NCBI RefSeq assembly: GCF_009914755.1
Contig: NC_060936.1
Strand: one strand, 5' to 3'
Source: the human T2T-CHM13v2.0 reference genome, Homo sapiens
Length of the DNA: 64,000 bases
Made by a program: the position numbers and the translations under genes. Below the pieces are notes generated by a model. It made no database searches. It saw only the letters and a program-made list of their open reading frames with translations, and was not told the origin of the DNA. Within the stretch, counting starts at the first letter, position 1. The number at the start of each line of letters is the position of its first letter. Shown here piece after piece: positions 55,725 to 64,000 of the stretch.

Positions 55725-56135
55725 AGGAACCAACAATTTCGATTTGTATGCTTTGAAAGATTTTCATTGCTGATCAGAGAAGACTGTAGAGGGCATAGGT
55801 TGAAGAAAGGAGACCACTTAGAAGTCTCTGACATGTGTCAAGCAAGAATATGATGGATTAGGTCAGAGTCCAGATGGGACCAAGGGCAGCAGGCAGCAGA
55901 CAGGGATTGGGACACATTGAGAAGAAACATGATGTTGCCTACATTTTCACCCTTTAGCGACACCATAGGGAGCCACACAATCTTTTATCCATGAAAATTG
56001 CTCTGTAACCTTTCTAAATCTAACAAACAATTTAATCTTTCTAACATAGGGTCATCTATTAGGACATCACTTGTGTCTGAAATCCATAAATTAGCACAGA
56101 GATTATTTTTTGCACTATTTATGGTATTATGATCA

Positions 56136-56964
56136 TGAAGCAGGAAACTTCTCCGACCCCTTTGCGGAAGGGAACTGGAGTGCGCAGGTGCTAGAACTAG
56201 CGGGCTGCTTCGACGCCAGCAGGGATGGACTCCACTCGCTCAGTCCCACTGTGTTCCACCCTTTGCAGGAGGGGGAGCGCAGGTGAGCAGATGCAGGAGC
56301 TGGGGCGAGTGCTTTTTGGTACCAGCAGGAGCAAAACTCTGTGTGGCCCCGCGGCAGCATCTAGGGGGATGCCCACGACCCCTGAAGCCCCAGTAGGAGT
56401 GTTACAGCTCTTTTAGCTTTGCCGTCGGTGGATGGCTTAAGTGTTAACAGCTCAGTGAAGGGTCAAGTGTGGCAGTCTTTTGCACTCGCACCTGAATTTT
56501 TGTCTGGCCTCTAGGAGGAATGAGGTGACATGAACAAATTGGAGATGGTAAATGTGGGGGATTTTATTGCCAATGAAAGCGGCTCTCAGCAGGAAGGGGA
56601 GCTGAAAAGGGCTTGGAGTGGGAATCTAATCTTTCCCCGGAGTAGGGCTGTCCCCGGCTGGACTCCTCTCCAAAGCAACACCATCAAGCCGTCCCTCTGA
56701 AGTCAAGCTGCTTATCTCCGATGTCCAGCTGCTTCTCCTCTTCTCCTCTGCTCTCCATAGGTGGAGCCTGGGGTTTTTACGGCACAGGATGGGGGGGCAG
56801 GGCAGGCCATGGGTAGTTTTGGAAAAGGCAACATTTGAGCAGGAAAACAGGAATGCATGTTCCCACTTTGGGCCATGGTATAAGGCTTTTTGGCTTGAGG
56901 GTCGGGCCCTCACCAGGGATCCACCCTCCTCTGCCCAGAATTTCCCTGCCTCCTGTCCTTATCA
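56136..56964 (-). mobile_element. ERV1 solo LTR (LTR1/LTR28 group)
   Basis: Reverse complement begins tgataaggacaggaggcagggaaattctgggcagagg...ccctcaagcc; TG...CA ends; atca/gtca flanks. Confidence 0.8.
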
Positions 56965-58399
56965 GTCATAATTCTGTTTTCCCTGCAAATAAACATCTTG
57001 TATCCTCCATAGCATGCACAGTGTCTAAACCAGAAATATGTTTAATAGATGTTCTTTAAAATGCCTTTTAACAACTCTACAAATATTCAGGCTATCTGCA
57101 TCTATAAATTGCTGCATTTGTTTTCAATGGAAAGAAATTGAAAGCTGGCAATTGTCAGAGAGTCAAAAGTACTAAGACCTTTAATATTTCATTTCTGATA
57201 TCTATATTCTAGTGACATATCTTTATTTCATTCTCCACTGGAAGTGTTGTAAGTTTAATGTCAATTGCATACATTTATTTAATTTCAATAGCTTGCATAA
57301 TGCTGCCCAGCAAGGCACAATCAAATTAGGAGTGTCTGGTCAGAGGCAGGGCAGACAAGAGGAGGAAATCAGCAGGTCCTATCTCATTAGAATCACAAAA
57401 GCCTACATTTTTATGTGAGTTGTGTCAGGAAGCATGGCCTGAAAATATATTGGTCAAAAATTAAAAAGTGGGAATAAAACTATGGAAATATACCTGCAGC
57501 CTGACAACAAAAGAGAAATGGACCTCTAACAATTTTGTAGACTATTAATAGATGCCTATTAAATATAGCACATCAAATTACATGTTTCATCTTTTTAAGA
57601 TAAATATTGGTTTTAGAGCAAAACAGTAGAGAATAATACAGCTATTCATTCTGACTCACTGTCAAGCAACAGAGGTGGTGAAAAAATTTTAAATGCCTTA
57701 AAAAGCTGTCATCGCCTTGAATTCTGACCACTTTAAAATATGCAAGAGACATATTTTAATTTAGATTCGCTTCGCCCTCCAATCACAAACATCCTACTGC
57801 TTGGAAGGAAGACACTGAATTAACCCCCCCAGTCACCAATCCGCGCTTCTCCACACATTTCCAAGAACCAAGGTTATGATTTTTCAAAATCCAATTACTA
57901 AATGAATGTCTCCATTTCAGCCCAGCTTTGAGTTTGTTAGCTACTGATTCTTTGAATGTTGGCTGCAAAAAATCAATTTGAAAAGCAAATAGTCAAACAG
58001 CCGTCAGCAGACTTAGACAATCCACAGACCTATTTTCCAGGAGGCTGTTTAACACACACACACTCCTGTATTTCCTAAACATTAGGGCAAAGACCAAAAG
58101 AAGTTATGGAGCCTCCTCAGCTGATGCTGCCCCCGACAGAGGAAAAGTAACCCATCTTTTATTTCTCAAGGGTGACGTTGTGAGGGGGCAAAGCTTTGGG
58201 GGATACGTGGATTGACATCTCAGGGGGCCATTCACGTTCCAAAGCAAATGTTTGAATTGCTCTGAGTGAAAAGCAAGAGAGATACATGACTGATTCCGGG
58301 AGGGACTGAACATCCCACTGTCAACGATGCTCTTGCCGGGGCCAGCCCTGCTTAGCATGCATAGGTTGCTCTGTTGCTTTCCTTTTTATTGCACTGGAG

Positions 58400-58630
58400 A
58401 CAGTAGGGGATAGTGGTTAAAAGCCCCCACTCTGGAGTTCATGTCAAACACCAACTACACCTCTCACCATTGATATCATCCTGAATAGGCTATTTCATCT
58501 CTACGGGCCTTAGCTCTCTCCCCTGTAAAACGGGATCAATGTGTATGTACCCGGTTATTGCTGGAATGAGACAGAAAGTATTAAATAAGCATGGGAGAGT
58601 AACTCAATCAATGTTAGCTATTTTTATAAT
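58400..58630 (+). mobile_element. MIR SINE
   Basis: tagtggttaaaagc...ctctggag...cctgtaaaacgggatc...actcaatcaatgttagcta. Confidence 0.7.
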
Positions 58631-58654
58631 CACTGAGTATTTATTCCATGGATT

Positions 58655-58975
58655 GTCTCATTCATCGTCCGGTACATATTTACCGAAAACCTGTGAGGCA
58701 CCAGGCGCTGTGCTGAGCATGGGAAACAAATGAGACACAGTGCCTCCTACAACGGGGCGTTGACGGTCAGGCAATACATACATCAATCCACCAGTAAATA
58801 CACAAATAATATCTCCGATACATGCTGAGACAATAAAAAAGTGGTTCTTTCCTTGAGAGCTTTGTAAGAGGACTCTAACTTGGATGCGGGGTTCCAAAAA
58901 AAGTTCTTTAAGAAGTAAGTTTAAGGTGAAGACTAAAAATTGAACAGACATTATCGAAGGGAAGAGCTGGGGAGA
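58655..58975 (-). mobile_element. L2 3' end
   Basis: tcattcatc...catatttaccgaaaacctgtgaggcaccaggcgctgtgctgagc. Confidence 0.65.
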
Positions 58976-59240
58976 GCTTACATTTGGCATTTTTTTCTGA
59001 CTACACCTATAACTATTGAATTTCCATTTAGGTGGTACGGAAAACACAGAATAAAAAGAAGAAAATTAATGCCACCCATAATCCTACTACCAGGAGGGAA
59101 ACTGGTGTTCATTCTACCCAATATTTCTTTCTGGGATGATACAGATTAGACGATATTATGTGCACACACATACATGCTGATGACTATACATGAGTATGTG
59201 TGTATTAAATACATCATTTTTACATTAATGCTTTATATTC

Positions 59241-59379
59241 TTTTTTTTTTTTTTTAAAGAAATAGAGACAGGGTCTCACTGTGTTGTCCAAGCTGGTTTC
59301 AAACTCCAAGGCTAAAGTGATTTCCCACCTCAGCCTCCCAGACTGCCAGGATTACAGGCATGACCCAACTCACCCAGCC
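59241..59379 (-). mobile_element. FLAM/Alu monomer
   Basis: poly-T, then agagacagggtctcactgtgttgtccaagctgg...ccacctcagcctccca...ggattacaggcatga. Confidence 0.85.
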
Positions 59380-59535
59380 TGATCTTCGTATTATATCTTG
59401 AACAATTCCCCATGCCCTTAAGGATTCTCTAGTAATATAGAGAATATATCTGCAATTGGATCTTAGCATATCTTCTTGAGTTTTTTTTCCCCATGAGATA
59501 AATTCTCCAGCTGGAGTTGGGAAATGAAAGGCTAG

Positions 59536-59832
<297 letters not shown>

Positions 59833-60243
59833 AGGATAGGAATATTTTTAAATCTCTGATAAACACAGCCAAACTGCCTTTTAAAATTTTTGTACCATTT
59901 TCCAGTTTCCGCTTATCTGAAATTTAGGAGTACCCTTCTCACCCTTCTCCAAAACATGCCTTAAACTTGTCACAAAAACGGCACCTAGTTGGCCCACATT
60001 ATGTATTGTCGGTGTTCTAAAAATGCCACAGGCCTGAAACTTACTTTTCATTTTGCCTATGGTGTTGTAGACACATAGGAACTTAATTTTTGTTTGTAAG
60101 TATTAAGAACTACCAAGATGTTTAAAAGGTGTTATTTTATACACACACAAATACATACACACACATACTGGATTTTTTAACTTATTCCATGGAGATCCTT
60201 ATTCTTGAGTTTATACTGCAGTATTTTTTTTTAAGTGTATGGG

Positions 60244-60566
60244 TTTTTTTTTTTCTTTTTTTAAATTTTTTTTGAGATGGAATCTTGCTCTGTCACCCAG
60301 GCTGGAGTGCGGTGGTGCAACCTCGGCTCACAGCAACCTCCACCTCCCAGGTTAAAGCAATTCTCCTGCCTCAGTCTCTGGAGTAGCTGAGATCACAGGC
60401 GTGCACCACCATGCCCAGCATTTTTTTTTTTTTTTTTTGTATTTTTGGTAGAGAAAGGGTTTTGCCATGTTGGCCAGGTTGGTCTCAAACTCCTGATCTC
60501 AGGTGATCAACCCACCTCGGCCTCCCAGAATGCTGGAATGACAGGAGTGAGCCACCACACCCAGCC
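60244..60566 (-). mobile_element. Alu (AluSx/Sz-like)
   Basis: Full antisense dimer with an expanded middle T-run. Confidence 0.94.
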
Positions 60567-60589
60567 TTTAGTGTGTTTTAATATCTTAC

Positions 60590-61040
60590 AGTGCAGGTAT
60601 ACAACGCTCTTCTTCTTTTAAATATTTGCCTGGTTATACTTATTCATTTATATTTCTAGATAAACTTTAGAATCATTTTGTTAAGTTAACCTTAAAGAAA
60701 ACACTTCTATTTTGATTAAAAAGGTAACATTATAGATTAATTCCAGAAAATGATACTGTATGATATTGAGCCTTCCATAATTTGTGTTATTTTTGCCCAT
60801 TACGTTTTACAGATTTTAGCATTATTGGTCAGTTCCTTCAGTTTTGGGCATTTTATTACATTATTTGTGGATCATTTATATTTTTACTATCTGTGAGTGC
60901 GATCTTTTTTCCACATTATTTGCAAAATAATTTTTGCTGTTAATGGGAAAATGATTATTGTGGCTCTGCTGATGTTTGATTTTTTTAAATTCTCTATAAA
61001 GAGAATCATATCACTGCTAAGTAACGATTTCCTCCTGCGT
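60590..61040 (-). mobile_element. Old L1ME ORF2-region relic
   Basis: ataaactttagaatcattttg...atgatattgagccttcc...aatcatatcactgc. Confidence 0.6.
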
Positions 61041-62217
61041 AAATAGGAAAGCAGACATGCACATATATGCATTTCCGGGGAAATTTAAATCATACTAAAA
61101 GTGTGCCACACGAGTAGGCAGGCGGAGGGAACGTGGCTATCAGCTTCTCCTTTGGCACCAGCCTACCCAGGTTTGTTTGAATATTCTAAATTGTGTGTGT
61201 ATTGCTTTAATACTTTTTAATATTGAGGAGGTTGATTGACTATTTCATAGTGTTCTTCTTTACACTAAAAACCTCCTTACATTAAACACATTATTAACCA
61301 CTTAACATGATACTCCATTTGAATTACAGTTTCTTTCATCCCTTCCAGGAGCTGGTCATCATTCTTTTCTTACATCACTGCATTGGCTATAATGAAGTGC
61401 CTTGGTTGTTTTTAACCTCGGCACCAATGCTATGGGATGCCGGCTCACGGAAGCCCTCCCAGCGTGCACTGGGCCTGGCTATGGCTAAAAGCAGCGTTTC
61501 CCAAGCAAAAGCTGCATCTTCTCACCTGGGTGGGAATGACAAGGTCAGACAGATTCCGCTGGATCCCCTAAAGTCAGTCATCTACAGACATTGATAAATA
61601 TTTAAAAAATTTAATGTTGACCAAACTTACAATGGACTCTGACAAAACAGTATTTCGTGGTGCCAAGGCTGCTGGCCCCACCTACAAACATCCTGCTAAA
61701 TCCTGGGGCCAACGATAGGCCTCATGCATTCTGTTGTCACTTATATTTTGCTGTAACATATAATGCCAGCTGCTGGACGGAGACAGACACCGTGTGTAAT
61801 GTGGGGAAAGTGTCAGTCTACTCCTATCTTACAGTTTTTCTCTCTTTACATCAAAAATGTATGTTGGGTTTTATCGAAATTGTAGTTGACATACATCTAG
61901 AGGTCTCCTTTACTAACACGTTTCTTAATATGACATCATTCTTACATGTTTGTCAAAACCATTTGGTGTCATTAATGTGTTATATTATCCCACCTGACTT
62001 ATTATTTTATTGGAGGCTTTATGGATGAGTTTAATTATTTTTATGAATGAGACTTTTCTTTATGATTTTTCTTACTATCATTTTTAGATTTCAGTGCCTG
62101 GATTACGTTGGCTTCCTAAAATTCATTAAAATATTTTTTCCTTTTTTCCCATGTTCCATTTCTATTACTTTCTAATTACATCAAATGGAAATAAATATCC
62201 CTTTAAAAATTAAAGAG

Positions 62218-62354
62218 GGCCAGGTGCGGTGGCTCACACCTTTAATCCCAGCACTTTGGGAGGCTGAGGAGGGTGGGTTGCTTGAGCCCAGGAGTTTGAG
62301 ACCAGCCTGGGCAACATACTGAGACCCTGTCTCTAAATAAATAAATAAATAAAA
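62218..62354 (+). mobile_element. FLAM_C / Alu left monomer
   Basis: ggccaggtgcggtggctcac...cttgagcccaggagtttgagaccagcctgggcaacat, then a (TAAA)n tail. Confidence 0.88.
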
Positions 62355-62586
62355 ATTAATGAATACTAAAATTAAAGGAAAACATCATATAAAACTCTTT
62401 GGGCTAAATCTTTTTTGGGGGGATGATGAATGTAACAATATTTTTATTCAGTTTGAATCTTTCCCACCTACTCATTTGTTCCAATTTTTGTTTTTATTTT
62501 TTAAAAAAGTTAACCTACGGATACCATTTACTGCTTCTGTTGTTTTCATTTCTAGAAATACTTTTCTAATCTAATCCTGCTCTTTT

Positions 62587-62688
62587 TTCTTAATTTATGT
62601 GTGTTTAAACATTTAGGTTCAGGGGTACATGTGAAGGTTTGTTACATAGGCAAACTCCTGTCACACAGGTTTGTTGCACGGATTAATT
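62587..62688 (-). mobile_element. L1PA13-like extreme 3' end
   Basis: ttaggttcaggggtacatgtgaaggtttgttacataggcaaactcctgtcac...tttgttgcacggatta. Confidence 0.75.
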
Positions 62689-62690
62689 AA

Positions 62691-63058
62691 TCCATGGAAT
62701 ACTAGGCAGCCACAAAAAAAAGAAAGAGTTCATGTCCTTTGCAGGGACATGGATGAAGTTGGAAACCATCATTCTCAGCAAACTAACACAGGAACAGAAA
62801 ACCAAACATCGTGCATTCTCACTCATAAGGGGGAGTTCAACAATGAGAACACATGGACACAGGGAGGGGAACATCACACACCAGGGCCTGTTGGAGGGTG
62901 GGGAGTAAGGGGAGGGGTAGCATTAGGAGAAATACCTGATGTAGATGACGAGTTGATGGGTGCAGCAAACCACCATGGCACGTGTATACCTATGTAACCA
63001 ACCTGCACGTTCCGCACATGTACCCCAGAACTTAAAGTCTAAGATAATAAATAAATAA
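62691..63058 (+). mobile_element. L1PA7-like 3' end
   Basis: ccatggaatact...catgtcctttgcagggacatggatgaag...ggagaaatacctgatgtagatgac...agaacttaaa plus A-rich tail. Confidence 0.9.
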
Positions 63059-64000
63059 GTAGATCCAGCTCTTTTAATCTTGCCTTCATCTTATTCCACT
63101 ACCTCGTCTCAATGACCATCTCTTGCTTTAGAAGGCCTCTCTCAAATATTAGCTAGGCATCTTTTAACACCGGCTTGTTTTCTACAGGGACACTTTCTTT
63201 CCAAACTGTACCTCTTCTCAACGCTATGCTCTTCATCTTTCATGTGACCAACTCACTTCATATTTCAAAGTTCTGTTTGTTTCTCTTTCTTCAAAGGTGA
63301 GTAGAATTTCCCCACAGCCCAGGCATCGCGGGAGGGTGGCAATGGCTTCTGAGGACACTGTCTTGCTGTCCCCTCTTTACTTTCAGGGTCTTTCACTTGC
63401 CTGTCTCCCGGGAGGGCTACCCACAGCTGAATGTTTTCAGTTACCTGTTTCCTGTGAATTCACTGCCCTTTGGAATAATTTCCCTCGTTCCACTGTATAG
63501 CAGTTTTTCCTTGAAGCATGGAGTTTTAGTTGCAAACGATACAACATATGCCATGTAACGTTCATATTCCCTGCACAGGAACACCCAGAGCATGCAGTTT
63601 GCAGGGACCTGCCGGGCTCAGCCTTCCCACAGAGGTCACTGTGCGCATCCACCTGCAGGATGCTTCACTGCACAGCTGATCAGACCCAGAGTGGTGCTCG
63701 TGGAGGGGCTCTGGGTTGGGAGGCAGGTAAGGTTCTGAAAGTCCTGGCTGTGACTTACATGAGAGACCCTGTGTGTGTCGTTACACATGGTTCTGAGTTA
63801 TGGAAATCCACAGTCTTCCTGTGTGTTGTTCCCCAACCCAGGTGGAAGCCATTGTGCCTGGGGGCTTCATCACAGCTTTGCCAACAGACATGTCCCTGGA
63901 TAACCTGGAAGAGGGCAGGCATTCTGAATTCTGGGCTGCACACCTAGATGGCTAAGAATATCCAGTGAACACTTAGTGTGTAAATGAAGCTGGAGACAGG

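Overview
Primate (human-like) non-coding genomic DNA, dense in transposable elements: about 19 Alu/FLAM copies, L1 3' ends, L2/MIR relics, many MaLR/ERV solo LTRs and several DNA-transposon MITEs. I recognise no protein-coding exon, RNA gene, CRISPR array or clear CpG island, and the listed ORFs look like repeat-derived or chance frames. The main unexplained structure is a pair of long inverted repeats in sequence I cannot assign to any repeat family. IR1 spans 4854-5011/5935-6092 (135/158 identical, ungapped, 923-bp spacer). IR2 spans 49162-49309/50174-50321 (about 88%, 864-bp spacer) and has a third, competing partner at about 43696-43791. Each spacer contains a good candidate GT-AG intron (minus strand for IR1, plus strand for IR2), and a 34-bp VNTR made of consensus 5' splice sites sits just upstream of IR2. 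Together these suggest spliced long-hairpin (dsRNA) lncRNAs; this is inference and untested. Other oddities: a perfect 29-bp-arm nested palindrome with a local inverted duplication, a twin-primed L1PB, a two-tailed L1 composite inside one TSD, and a CpG-retaining exon/retrocopy-like segment fused to an L1PA end. Repeat family names come from recalled consensus sequences, not a database search, and alignments were done by hand.
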